A stretch of 64,000 bases of DNA, taken from Octopus sinensis (Eukaryota). This document shows, piece after piece, positions 26,198 through 38,520 of this stretch (positions are counted from its first letter, which is position 1; every line of letters starts with the position of its first letter). Location: assembly GCF_006345805.1 (NCBI RefSeq), contig NC_043003.1:11346001-11410000 (forward strand), written 5' to 3'. The notes under the pieces are model-generated. The model saw only the letters and a program-made list of their open reading frames with translations, was not told where the DNA came from and did no database searches. The translations under genes and the position numbers were made by a program.

Positions 26198-26883
26198 GTG
26201 TGTGTGTGTATACATTTTGCACCCATCTTTTCTTTGTGCAGTGGTAGAGGTGGTAGGGGAATGTTGCTCTATCATGATAGGTTCTCTTCGGGTTTTCAAA
26301 TTTAGCATAATCCACTCCATTCCTCCTCCAGCTTTTTTAATAACTATAAAATTTAAAATTGGGATGATGACGTGCACACGCCACCATCGGTGATGTATAT
26401 AATAACCTTTTTATTATTATTATCATCATCATTATTATTATTATTATTTTTTTTTTTATGCTTTATTTAATTTTTTTCATGTTTCATTTCCAGATGTTAT
26501 CTAGTTCTTGATTTTCTTATTGTTTTTATATATATTTATTTATGTTCTTATTTTATTTAATTTTTTTTCCATTTTGTCTTCTGCATTCAGAACGCTAAAT
26601 AAATTTGTCTGCAAAATTAAAAAAAGAAAAGAATTATTAAAAACGAAAAAAAAAAAACCTCCAATAAAACACAACAAAGCCCCCAACAAAAATAACTCCA
26701 AATTTTCGAAATAGGAATAAGACAAAAACAAATCTTTTATTGGTATGGAACGAAGCCAAGAATAATAAATGTTTCCCTGTATGTTTGGTGTTTTGCCAGT
26801 TCCTGAGGTGAAACAGATTTAGTGCTTAAACAATTGTCCTTTTCCCCACTAGTTTAAAACTCATTTTTCTCTCTGTATCCTAG

Positions 26884-26940
26884 GTAATTCTTATGTCCGG
26901 CTTCTAGTTTAGCACTTCAACTCACAGAAGCGTTTGATTG
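26884..26940 (+). other. Candidate 57-nt non-coding exon
   Basis: Acceptor TTTTTCTCTCTGTATCCTAG| and donor TTG|GTAAGT in unique sequence. All three frames contain stops. Confidence 0.3.
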
Positions 26941-27096
26941 GTAAGTCAATATTGCTGCAACACAAAAGACTCGTACTAACATCGGCTCTTCACCTCATAG
27001 ACTTATGTAGCTGGCTCCTTCAAGTGAGCAGCTACCACCCATTATTGGATAATGGTCTCACAAGCACATTTCCATACCCAGTAAAGGGCTCTAGAT

Positions 27097-27897
27097 CACT
27101 GGTTTTCAACCAGGGTCCAGATGACCCTTGGAGGTGGGGGGGTCCATATAAGATTTTGTTATGATTTATTCCAATTAGGTTGACTTTGCCTTTCATCCTT
27201 TTGGGGTCGATAAAATAAGTACCAGTTGTGCACTGGGGGTCAATGTAATTGACTAACCCTCTCCTCTGAAATTACTAGCCTTGTGCAAAATTTGGAACCA
27301 AAGTTTATGTATAATAAATTGGTTTTACTTCAACAATAGGCGTAGGAGTGGCTATGTGATAAGTAGCTTGCTTACCAACCACATGGTTCTGGGTTCAGTC
27401 CCACTGCGTGGCACCTTGGGCAAGTGTCTTCTAATATAGCCTCGGGCGACCAATACCTTGTGAGTGGATTTGGTAGACGGAAAAGGAAAGAAGCCTGTTA
27501 TATATATGAATGTATGTATATATGTGTGTGTGTATGTATGTGTGTGTATATGTTTGTGTGTCTGTGTTTGTCCCCCCAGCATTGCTTGACAACCGATGCT
27601 GGTGTGTTTATGTCCCTCTAACTTAGCAGTTCGGCAAAAGAAACCAATAGAATAGGTACTAGGCTTACAAAGAATCAGTCCTGGGATCGATATTCTCAAC
27701 TAAAGCAGTGCTCCAGCCTGGTCGCAGTCAAATGACTGAAACAAGTAAAAGAGTAAAGAGTAATATACAAAACATTTTAGCAATTCCTGATAATGCTTAA
27801 TTATAAAAATGTAATAGAATTTTTTAAACTAGGAGTGGCTATGAGTAAAATAGAAATCGAAAGGGTCCTTAGGTAAAAAAACAAAAAAAAAACACTG
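27097..27897. mobile_element. hAT (Charlie-like) MITE with 8-bp TSD, hosting an old Nin SINE (~27170-27300) and a CORE SINE (~27338-27762)
   Basis: Ends CACTGGTTTTCAACC...AAAACACTG. TSD CTCTAGAT (27089-27096) / CTCTACAT (27898-27905) fits the NTCTAGAN target consensus. Confidence 0.85.
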
Positions 27898-28557
27898 CTC
27901 TACATAGATATTGCTGTGAGGTTAAGCGATACTCTTTCTAAGTTTGAGATCAAGTTCTTTGCATGGAACCTTTGGCAAATGTTCTCCAGTAAAGTACATG
28001 ACTGACCAATACTTTGTCAGTCAATTTGTTACATGGAAACTGTGAGGAAGCTCATCATTTGCAGGTGGCTACATGTTTGGATGCGAATTCATCACTTCCA
28101 ATTTATGAAATGATGAACAAAACATTCACTGATGTCATGAATAGCCACTGAACCAAGCAAAAGTTCTGTATAAGCAATTAAGGCCATTATTAAATTAAAA
28201 TAGCCATCTACATATCATACTTAATGTATATACACTGTTGATAGGCCACTTACTGTTGTATCTGTCCTGAGATAACATCTTGTACAGACTTGGGGTTTGG
28301 GGATTTTTTTAGGTTTGACCATCAAGCAAGCCATTAAGATTAAACAGATAATGCTTGATGATTTTGTTTTCCATTTACTGTATTTAGACCAAGTCAGCTT
28401 GGAATAAGCCCCACTTTCCTTTTTTAGTAATATTCATAGGAACCTCAAGCCAACAAGTGATTCTCTACACTGTTGCTGGTTGTAAAGACCCCTTCTACTA
28501 CAAATAGTAGCCAAATATCCCTCAAATCATACAACACTGTCTTAAACGAAGAAGCAA

Positions 28558-28820
28558 TTCATCATCATCATCATTTAACATCCGTTTTCCATGCTGGCAT
28601 GGGTTGGACGGTTTGATTGAGGGCTAGCAAGCCAGATGGCTGCACCAGGCTCCAATCCAATCTGGCAATGTTTCTACAGCTGGATGCCCTTCCTAACACC
28701 AACCACTCTGAGAGTGTTGTGGGTGCTTTTTACATGCCACCGGTTCGAGGGCCAGTCAGGCAGTACTGGCATCAGCCATGCTTGAATGGGGCTTTTTATG
28801 TGCCACTGGCACAGGAGCCA
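28558..28820 (-). mobile_element. Ceph-type element
   Basis: (CAT)n tail, GGATGCCCTTCCTAACACCAACC and subrepeats. Confidence 0.82.
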
Positions 28821-29723
28821 TGTGTATGTATGTATATAGATGTATGTGTATATACATTTATAAAGTTAGATGTAAACCAATCTGTACACATGCATTTGAC
28901 TATGTATGTGATCATGTATGTGTGTGTGTGTGTGGTGTGTGTGTGTGTGTATGTATCTGTGTCTGGAATCTTTATGCTTATTTATTTATGCTTATGCTAG
29001 GTTTACATCAATAAAGACATAACATGTCTATGTTTATATGTCCCTACAAAAATATAAAAGCTAGACAGATGAAAATTTGTCCAAGTATTTAGCAGTTTCT
29101 ACCTGTAACATCTCTTAGATATATCCTCCTGTCTGTTTATATATGTATATATATGTATATATGCATACAGTGTGCAAGAGCAGACATGTACATGTGTTCT
29201 TGTTTATCTCACTGGCTTGCTGCACCTACTAATTAAAATACTTCCAAAACATTGGCAATATTTTTGTTATTGTCCTCCAAAATTCCATTCGAATGCAGTC
29301 TATGCTAGTTTGTGTTAGCTGTAATTAAATACACCAAGATTGCTATCCTGCGCCACCACTGTTTTCTTCACAGGTTCCATCTGCTGCTACCAGCAACATC
29401 ATTCCTGCCGCCAACACCAATACCACTTGTCCTTTCAATAACAGTACCACAACTAATTTCTGGACACTGTATAGAACTGCATACGGGGTGTGGGGGCTTG
29501 GGTCAGTGGATGAGCCTCTACATGTCTTTTCCTTTTGCAAAGTGACACACAGGACTTGAGAATGGGTTATTAAGTACGAAACGAATGAATAAAACTTGCA
29601 TTAAAGTTAGTTTTAATTAAAACTTCTTTTGATTACACGTGTGTGTGCCTGTCTGCCTGTCTGTCTTTCTGTCTGTCCGTGCATATATGTGTGTGTGTGT
29701 GTGTGTGTGTACGTGCATACATA

Positions 29724-29942
29724 TGAGGGGGTACTGAAAGGTTCCTGACTTTGGGTAAAAGAAAATACAGAAGGATCTGTTAATTGTGATTTAAGCCAAC
29801 ATATTCTCCTCTCAGATTCACACACTTTCTGCTGGCGGTCCTTCAGTTTTTCTAAGCTGCCCTGTTAAAGAACTCGGAAGGTTGGGCCTCCAACTGACCC
29901 TTTCACGATACCCCTGAAGCCAGTAACTTTTCAGCACCCTCT
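29724..29942. mobile_element. mariner-derived MITE
   Basis: TA|TGAGGGGGTACTGAAAGGTT...AACTTTTCAGCACCCTCT|TA TIRs. The minus strand retains a frameshifted transposase C-terminus (LEKLKDR / KCVNLRGEYV). Confidence 0.8.
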
Positions 29943-30247
29943 TACACATAAATGCCCAGACACTGACTGAAGAAGCAATTGGCTGCGAATGATCCGTGTG
30001 TCTTGTTTTGTCCTGTTTGCCGTTGTTGTGCTATTGTCCTTTTCCTGCTTGTTATGTCTTGACGATTTCTGTTTGTTGTGTTTTTTACCTTTGATTTATA
30101 TATATATTTATAAAAAAGAAGTTTGAAAATGCCACTATATAAGATAAATTTTAATTTTCTGAGAGATTTTACATGTTTCGGTTCTTCTTGAAAAAAACGA
30201 ACCTTATCCAAAATATATATTTTTAAAAGAAAAGCTCATAATTATTT

Positions 30248-30303
<56 letters not shown>

Positions 30304-31280
30304 ATATGTGTGTGTGTCTGTGTGTTTATCATTATGAGTTAATATCCACTTTTCTATGTTGGCATGGTTCAGATGGAATTGGTTGCGGTTGGTTTTATTT
30401 CAATGGCTGAAGGCCATTCTTTTTTGTCTCCGTGTGTAGACGTGTGTGTGTGTGTGTGCATTCTCCTTCTGTTGATGGAATAGATTGCTGATGGCTTCTG
30501 TTTGTTCTGCACAACATGCACCATCTTTGCATCTGTTCCTGAAACATCTGTTAGAGACTTTCTGCACACCTATTTCCTTCCCCACTTCCTTAAGGTCTTT
30601 TACTCGTGTAATGATTCAACCACCATGTTTTTTTTATGTACACACACACACACACACACACACAGAGGCTCTCGTTAACTTTGTCCAATTAGTCTTTTTT
30701 TGTATTTTGAGTTCAAACCCTGCTATGGCTAATTTAGAAACCTTGGACACCTTTAGTGGATAAGTCCACCCTGTTGCAGACATTCTCCAATTTGAAGATA
30801 ATGTCCTCCATCCCACTAGTCTTGGAAGCCCTATAAAGAGTTATGGACATTACCATTCCCTCCTGGCTAATAAGAAAAGCAAAACGAATCAGACAGGGGT
30901 GTTGGGGTTTACTAATGGCTTGAATGTTTTTGATCTTAGGTCTACTTGATAATGGCTAACCTGGAACTTAACAACTCAAAAAGAGGAACAGTTGATTTGT
31001 GAATAGAAGTGATAAAAACCCCATCCTCTTGAAGGCACCAAAATATTGGAACCACTCCAATTCTTACATTAAATTTCTAAATGACACACCATACATCAAT
31101 ATTAATTGAAGCACTTATTGCCCTCTTCCATCAAACAATATTTATTACAATAATAACCCAAGGCTGTTTTTCCTTCTATAAAGTTATTTTACACCCAAAA
31201 GACTTGGGTTGCTACCCTCGAGTTATATCTCATTTTTATTTTACCTTGAAGAAGTCTATACATACTCAGTAACCTTCCCA

Positions 31281-31512
31281 AAACTGCAGCTAAATTTCCC
31301 TCGGATTGCATTTGGTCACCCTCTTAAAATAACAGCTAAATTTCTCTTCGCCACACTCAATCACCCTGCTAAAATAGCAGCTAAATATCTTTAAATCAGA
31401 CTCGGTCACCCTGTTAAAATAGCAGCTAAATTTCCCTTAAATGAGACTCAGTCACTCTGTTCAAATTGCAGCTAAATGTCCCTCGGACAACTAAATTTAC
31501 CTTAAATCACAT
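31281..31512. repeat. Minisatellite of ~5 units of 45-46 bp
   Basis: CAGCTAAAT recurs at 31287, 31333, 31378, 31423 and 31469, each unit carrying (G/A)TCAC(C/T)CT...AAAT. Confidence 0.9.
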
Positions 31513-31579
31513 CCTATGATCTTTGAAAAGAACGATAAGCTTGATAAGGTACAGTCAATGTAAGTGCAATGTGAAGAGC

Positions 31580-32260
31580 CTCTTTAGCATTTAATCTGGT
31601 CACAGCTGGCCCAAATATTCTACCTTTTTTTATGTTAAAATACTGACCAGATCCAGCTTCTCACACCTACCCTACAATGTCATTCTAAAAATATCAAAAT
31701 CAATTTCGATGACTGGCATCCGTGCTAGTGGAGCGTTAAGAGCACCATCTGAGCATGATTGTTGCCAGAGCAGCTAACTGGCTTCTGTGCCGGTGGCACG
31801 TAAAAAGCACCAGTTGACCGTGATCATTACCAGCATCGCCTTACTGGCATGTGAAAAAAATTCAAGCGAGGTCGTTGCCAATGCCGCTGGACTGGATCCT
31901 GTGCAGGTGGCACGTAAAAAACACCATTTGAGCTTGGTGTTGCCAGTACTGCCTGACTGGCCCTCATGCCAGTGGCACGTAAGAGCACTCACTACACTCT
32001 TGGAGTGGTTGGCGTTAGGAAGGGCATCCAACTGTAGAAGCTCTGCCAGATCAGACTGGAGCCTGGTGCAGCCATCTGGTTCGCCAGTCCTTAGTCAAAT
32101 CGTTCAACACATGCTAGCATGGAAAGCGGACGTTAAATGATGATGATGCAAACACACCATTGAAATCTTGAAGCTACAAAATAATTTGTGACTAATCAAA
32201 AACAATGTGAATAAATAAAAATTACATTTGGTGGATAAGTACAGATGCTAAATAGTTAAT
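31580..32260 (+). mobile_element. piggyBac-like MITE family 2 split by a full-length Ceph-type element (~31706-32149)
   Basis: The MITE body stops at AAAATCA and resumes at CACACCATTGAAATC. The insert begins GATGACTGGCATCCGTGCTAG and ends GGACGTTAAATGATGATG. Confidence 0.82.
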
Positions 32261-32678
32261 CACAGGTTTGCCTGAGGAGGACTTACCTTGGGCTAAACAG
32301 AAGGGGGGGGGAAACGAAAATGAAATGAGAAAATATCTAGATTTGATACCATACCATTCCTTTTATGGTCAAGGTCTTTTAAGATTGTCAATTTTTATTT
32401 TACTGAGTGCTTATGAGATACTAGGTCAGCAATTTAATACTAACTTATTAAGCTGTTCAGGTGCGTTTTTATAGCCACCACCTCTTTTCTGTTTGCTTAA
32501 GTTATAATCAGTCTGTTACCAAATTCAAATTAAAACTACCTTGCTGTATTTGAACAGCAACAACAACAACAGCAACTATAACCTTGATAATTGGAGGCAA
32601 AAAACTGGTTTTAGTAAAGGTAACATTCTTGGAATGAAAGTTGAACCTCATTATCTATTACCATAGATGGGGCTGCTG

Positions 32679-32680
<2 letters not shown>

Positions 32681-32715
<35 letters not shown>

Positions 32716-33240
32716 GTGAGAGAGCAGTGCATGCCATCAAAGTGACACTGGGGTAAAATATACGAAGCCCAATATACCCGTCATGACTACACGTCTGATA
32801 AGGGTACACCAGGCACATGCATCACAACCATATGTGCATGACATGGTGATCTCATAACAAGATAAACAGCGCATGACCTTGCAGGTAGGGCCCAGCTAGA
32901 ATTTTCTTCAGGTCAAGTAGCCCATCCCGCTCAAACAGTCCCTGAATAAGGGTTGTTTAAGGATGTTGAAAGAACCACCCATGTCTCTAGAGGTGAATTA
33001 TCCAAACTCCAAAGAATCCATCTCATTCTGCTCGTGATCAGAGATACCCATAACACCAGCCACCAAGGGACATGGTCAACTGGTTAAGGTCAAACAACTG
33101 ACAAGCTAATCTGTGGTATTGAGCAGAATATTTGCTGTAGCCCATCTTTTATACCAAGACAAAACAATGTACATGATAACACTTGCAATCAGTTAAGATC
33201 AGAAGCCACAAGAGCCACAACCTTGGTACTGCATCAGGGC
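32681..33240 (-). mobile_element. 'Family E' element, full-length, with (AAT)n tail
   Basis: 5' end GCCCTGATGCAGTACC, internal TATAAAAG, 3' (AAT)n. Confidence 0.8.
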
Positions 33241-33259
33241 GGCGGCGGCGGCTTCACCA

Positions 33260-33402
33260 TCATCATCATCACCATCATCACTATCATCATCATCATTATC
33301 ATCATTATTATTATTATCATCATCATCATTATTATCATCATTATCATCATCATCATCATTATTATCATCATCATTATTATCATCATCATTATTATTATTA
33401 TT
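33260..33402. repeat. (CAT/TAT)n tract
   Basis: Direct reading. Confidence 0.95.
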
Positions 33403-34837
33403 CAGGTCACTGCTTGGAATTGAACTCGGAATCTTGGGGTTAGTAGCCTGTGCTCTTAACCACTATGCCATATGCCATATGCCTTAGGTTAGTGTTTTCT
33501 ACCATAGCCTCAGGCCATGATACACATTTAACCTGATATTGCTGTTTTCTGGTTACTTGCCTTTGTCTATCCTTACGTGTAAGCTGGCTGATTTTACAGA
33601 AGAGATCAAGTACTGTTTCAGTTATATCTATTACAATGAAAATGAGGGATGCATTTTTTCTGGTTGGAATGTCTTACTTCTATCCAAGTCAGTGTAATCC
33701 TTCAGCTTTCAACTGTCTTAAAACACGATTGTTTTATTTGTTTTTTTTTTTTTTATCCTGGTAGATAATAGCATTAGATTCACTCTGCTTGGCTGGTGGT
33801 TCACCTCTATGCTGGAGTTTCTTGGGATCTTTTCTGTATCATTTTCTCATTAACCTCTCACCAAACAGTTGAAGCTGAGTGACCCTGTAAGAATATTTTA
33901 GTAATTTTCCTATTATTATTTTGGGTGTGACTCAAAGTTTTTGTAAGAGCTGATTTTTGGACATCCTGACACAATGATAGATTGTTTCAGAAATTCAATC
34001 ACATAGATAACATTCGTCAGTTATAACGAGAATCTACCTAATAACGATGGCCTGTTTTGGCCTGGCTCCTCTATGGTAAATGTTGTTGCTTTTGTTGTTC
34101 AATTCAGGCTGGATTTATTCATTTGGCTAGGAACAATTTTGAAAAATATTTGGGGCATTAAACTTATATAATCATCATCATCATCATCATCAGTTAATGT
34201 CCACTTCTCCATATTTCCATGGGCCAGATAGTGTTTTTTTTCCCTTTTGTTTAGCAGATTTTCTTTGGCTGGGTGCTCTTCCTGTTGCCAACCCTCCAGC
34301 ATTTCATCCATCCCTATGTTCTGAATTCAAATTCTGCCAAGGTTGACTTTGTCTTTCAACCTTTTGGGGTTGATAAATTAAGTACCAGTTGTGTTCTGGA
34401 GTTGATGTAATTGACTCGTCCCCTTTCCTCCAAAATTCCAGGCCTTGTGCCTATAGTAGAAAGGATTATTATTATTATCATTATGAGGTGACAAGCTGGC
34501 GGAATCGTTAGCACTGTGTTCTGAGTTCAAATTCCACCAAGGTCGACTTTGCTTTTCATCCTTTCAGGGTCAATAAATTAAGTACCAGTTACACACTGGG
34601 GTTGATGAAATTGACTTATCTTCTCCCCCAAAATTGCTGCCCTTGTGGCAAAATTGAAAACCATTATTGTTATTATTATTATTATTATTATTATTGATAA
34701 TATAAATTCAGACCCTTGCCAGTATTGACTTTCTTTTTCCACATGTCTGGAGGTCAATAAAACATGTATGATTGATTGTATCCTTTCCCCTTCAAATTTA
34801 TGGCTCTATGCCTATGTGAAAAAATTATTATTATTAC

Positions 34838-34877
<40 letters not shown>

Positions 34878-35364
34878 AGCATTGCGATTTTAATGGCTGG
34901 CAGGGGCAGACTAGCATAACATGCAGCTGATAAATTTGGAAATAAATATTTTATTTCTAAAAAGAAACTAAAGACAGGCCCGAAATCTTTTACATAATGA
35001 ATGCAGACTCAAAACTCAGATGAAAATTCCCATCCGCCCCCACCCCCCCTCCACCGTTTCCTATTCATGATTCATGGTTAAAAATAGAAATATTTAAATT
35101 GTTTATTTACTTTATTTGAAAGTCTGCTGCTGCTGCTGTTGCTGCCTACGGCATTTTCCTCTTAAAATAACATGGCCCTCCACTGCTTTCTGAACTGTGC
35201 ACGCTTGCTCTTATTCTCTTGTGTAATGGCTGCATATTTCTGCATTGAAACCTGTCCAGAGTTGATGATATTTCTTCCACTGAAGGATGCTAAAATGAGT
35301 ACCGGTTGTACACCAAGAACATCCGATTTGATGTATCTCAGAATTATTATTATTATTATTATTA

Positions 35365-35730
35365 TTACCTTCGCCTTAGCGAAGGCGGAGGTATTGTTTT
35401 CAGTCACATTTGTTTGTTTGTTCCTGGACAAGATATCTCAAGAACCGTTGGATGGATTTGGATGAAACTTTCAAGGATGTTTGGCCTCGTGACTGGCACG
35501 AACTGCTTAGATTTTGGGATCGATCTGGTACCGGACAAAGATTCTGGATTATTTTTCCTGTTTATTTTTTACTTAACTTTTGAGAGCAGTCAAATTCATT
35601 TTTAGCATTCTCTTTTGTAAGAGCAGTCTAGTTTATTTCAGATATTCTCATTTTCAAAACTCATCTCTGGCTAATCGTTGAGAGGACGTTGGTGTTGCCT
35701 TGGTGGAGGTTTGCACTCTCTGAATGTTCT
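35365..35730 (+). mobile_element. Helentron-type (HINE-like) element
   Basis: ACCTTCGCC...GGCGGAGGT start, GGTGGAGGT plus GCACTCTCTGAATG stem-loop end, inserted in (ATT)n. Confidence 0.72.
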
Positions 35731-35909
35731 TTTTACTATTAATGATGGCGAGCTGGCTGAATCATTAGCACGCCAGGGAAACTGCTTAGTGACATTTCTT
35801 CTGTCTTTTACATTCTGAGTTCAAATTCCACTGAGGTCATCTTTGCCTTTCATCCTTTTGGGGGTCGATGAAATAAGTACCAGCTGCATACTGTGGTAGA
35901 TGTAATTGA

Positions 35910-36133
35910 AAGGCGGTAAGCTGGCAGAAACGTTAGCACGCCGGGCGAAATACTTTGCTGTATTTCATCTGCCGCTACGTTCTGAGTTCAAATTCCACCG
36001 AGGTCGACTTTGTTTTTCATCCTTTCGGGGTCGATTAAATAAGTTCCAGTTATGCACTGGGGTCAGTGTAATCGACTTAATCTGTTTGTCTGTCCTTGTT
36101 TGTGTTTAGCCCCTTGTGGGTAGTAAAGAAATA
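35910..36133 (+). mobile_element. Young Nin/Deu SINE nested in an old Nin/Deu SINE, 15-bp TSD
   Basis: GGTAGATGTAATTGA at 35895-35909 and 36134-36148. Confidence 0.92.
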
Positions 36134-36431
36134 GGTAGATGTAATTGACTAGCACCCTCCCACTAAAATTTCAGGCCTTGTACCTATAATAGAAAGGATT
36201 ATTATTAATATTATTACTGTGGTAAGCTGGCAGAGTCATTAACATGCCGGGCAAAATGCTCAGCAGCTTTTCACCCATCTTTATGTTCTGAGTTCAAATT
36301 CACCCAAGATTGACTTTGTCTTTTATTCTTTCAGGATCAATGAGATAAGTACCAGCTGAGCACTAGGGTCAATATAATGGACTAGACCACTTTGCTAAAA
36401 TTTCAGGCCTCGTGCCTGTAGCAGTAGGGGA

Positions 36432-36988
36432 TTATTATTTATGGAGATAACAGCACATTCCATCAAAATGATGCTGGGATACAAAATATACGAAATGTGC
36501 CCATCATAACTGCCTGTCTCATAAAGGTGCACCAGGCACATGCATCACAACCATATGTGCATGACATGGTGATCTCATATCAAGATCAACAACACATGAC
36601 CTTGCAGGTGGGGGCCCAGTTAAAATTTTCTTCAGGCCAGATAGCCCATCCTGCTCAAAAGGACCCTGGATAAGGGTTGTTTAGGGATGATGAATGGAAC
36701 ATCCATGTACCCAGAGGTGAATTACTGAAACCTTAAAGAATTCCTCTCAACACATGGCTATGATGCTCTTCCACTATTCCTTGTCGTAAGTGGATATACA
36801 TATCAGCAGCCGTTAAGGGACATGCCCAACTGATTATGGTCAAGCAACTGACAAGCAAATCTATAGTATTGAGCAGAATATTTACTGTAGCTGATCTTTT
36901 ACACCATAACAAAATATGTACTGGTCAACATTTCTAATTGGTTAAGATCAAAGGCTATGACTGCCACTGCCTGGTATTGCATCAGGGC
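36432..36988 (-). mobile_element. 'Family E' element, second full-length copy
   Basis: Same 5' terminus (GCCCTGATGCA) as the copy ending at 33240. Confidence 0.78.
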
Positions 36989-38349
36989 AAGCAGAATCAT
37001 TTGCATGCTTAGCATCATTTTATTCATTTTTATGTTCTTGGTTCAAATTCTGCTGAGGTCAACTTTGCTTTTCATCTTTCGTGGTTGCTAAAAAAGAAAA
37101 AAACCAGTTGAACACTGGAATCAATGTAATTGACTGAGCCCCTCCCCTAAAATAGTTGGCCCTGTGCCAAAATTTAAATTCATTATTATTATTATAGAGT
37201 TCTGGTGGCAATCTGGCAGAATTGCTAGCATGCCAGGCAAAATGCTTAGCAGCAGTTCATCTGTCTTTACATTTTGAGTTCAAATTCCATCAAGGCCGAC
37301 ATTGCCTTTCATCCTTTTGGGGGTCGATGAAATAAGTACCAGTGAAACACTGGGGTCAGTGTAATCGACTAGTTCCCTCCCCCAAAATTTTGGGCCGTAT
37401 TATTATTATTATTGAAGGTGGTAAGCTAGCAGAATCATTAACATGCTGGATTGCAATGCTTAGCGGTATTTTGCCTGTCGCTACATCCTGAGTTCAAATT
37501 CCACCAAGGTCAGCTTTGCCTTTCATCTTTTCAGAGTTGATTAATGAAGTACCAGTTGGGTACTGGGGTCGATGTGATCGACTGTCCCCCTCCCCACAAA
37601 ATCCAGGCCTTGTGTCGATAGTAGAAATGATCATTATTATTTATCTATCTTCACGCTCTGAGTTCAAATTCTGCTCTGGTCGATTTTACCTTTGATCCTT
37701 TCAGAACTGATAAACTAAATATACCAGTAAAACACTGGGGTTGATTTAATCAACTAGTCCCCTCTCATGAAAATTCAGGCCTTGTACCTATCGTAGAAAA
37801 GATTATTATTATTATTATTAAGCTTTGTTTTTTTTTATCATTCTGGAGTATCAGGAATGTTTCTCGGTATGGTTTTGTTGATTACATCTCAGCCCTCTAA
37901 AATTTACAGCCTTAGGGTCCAGAGCCAGTATGAGAAATTCTCCTTATAATTATTAGTGTTACACTTTGTGAGGCCAAGTGGGCTGTGAGGTTAAGGTGCT
38001 GGACCAGGGACAGCATGTTTATAAGCTCAGATTGTCCTACAGGATATTCATTGTGTCTGGGTTGTGCTTGAGGGCAAGTGTGCATTATTACTCTGCTTAT
38101 GTCAAGGGAGCTGGAACTTGGTGCCACGCCCCTTCATGGTTGAGTGGTTAGTAATAAGAAGGACATCCAGCTGTGGAAATATTTACTCTCAAACAATTCA
38201 TATGAAAATGTGGAAAAGAAAAAAACAAAAACGAAATAAATATATAAGAAAAATAAAAAAGTAAAAATAGAAAATATTGAAAAAGAAACTTCCTCAGGCA
38301 TCGTGGAAAATTTGCAAAGCACGCACGTGTGAGTGCATATGTGTATATC

Positions 38350-38366
38350 TCTCTCTCATAAAATAA

Positions 38367-38424
<58 letters not shown>

Positions 38425-38484
38425 ATGTGTATGTATGTATGTATGTATATGTGTATGTATGTATGTATATATATATATATATAT

Positions 38485-38520
<36 letters not shown>

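Larger units (their letters stand above)
34310..37820 (+). mobile_element. Cluster of about 8 old co-oriented Nin/Deu SINE copies with (ATT)n tails, interleaved with other elements
   Basis: Repeated GAGTTCAAATTCC...GCCTTTCATCCTTT...GTACCAG...AGGCCTTGT...GGATTATT units. Confidence 0.85.

Noticed and set aside
29373-29592. Possible terminal exon (TTCACAG| plus 61-codon frame plus AATAAA)
   Set aside because: Low-complexity peptide with no recognisable homology and no upstream partner exon.
29961-30003. CTGAAGA...GAAT motif as a functional ribozyme
   Set aside because: GAAA is mutated and the cleavage triplet and helix I register are non-canonical; it is kept only as a weak decayed candidate.
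31281-31512. CRISPR-like repeat/spacer pattern
   Set aside because: The 'spacers' are homologous to one another, the repeats are degenerate, there are no cas genes and the context is eukaryotic; it is a minisatellite.
36970-36981. 12-nt match CCTGGTATTGCA to the U2 snRNA 3' stem-loop at the family E terminus
   Set aside because: Too short, not conserved in the other copy, and with no further colinear U2 similarity.
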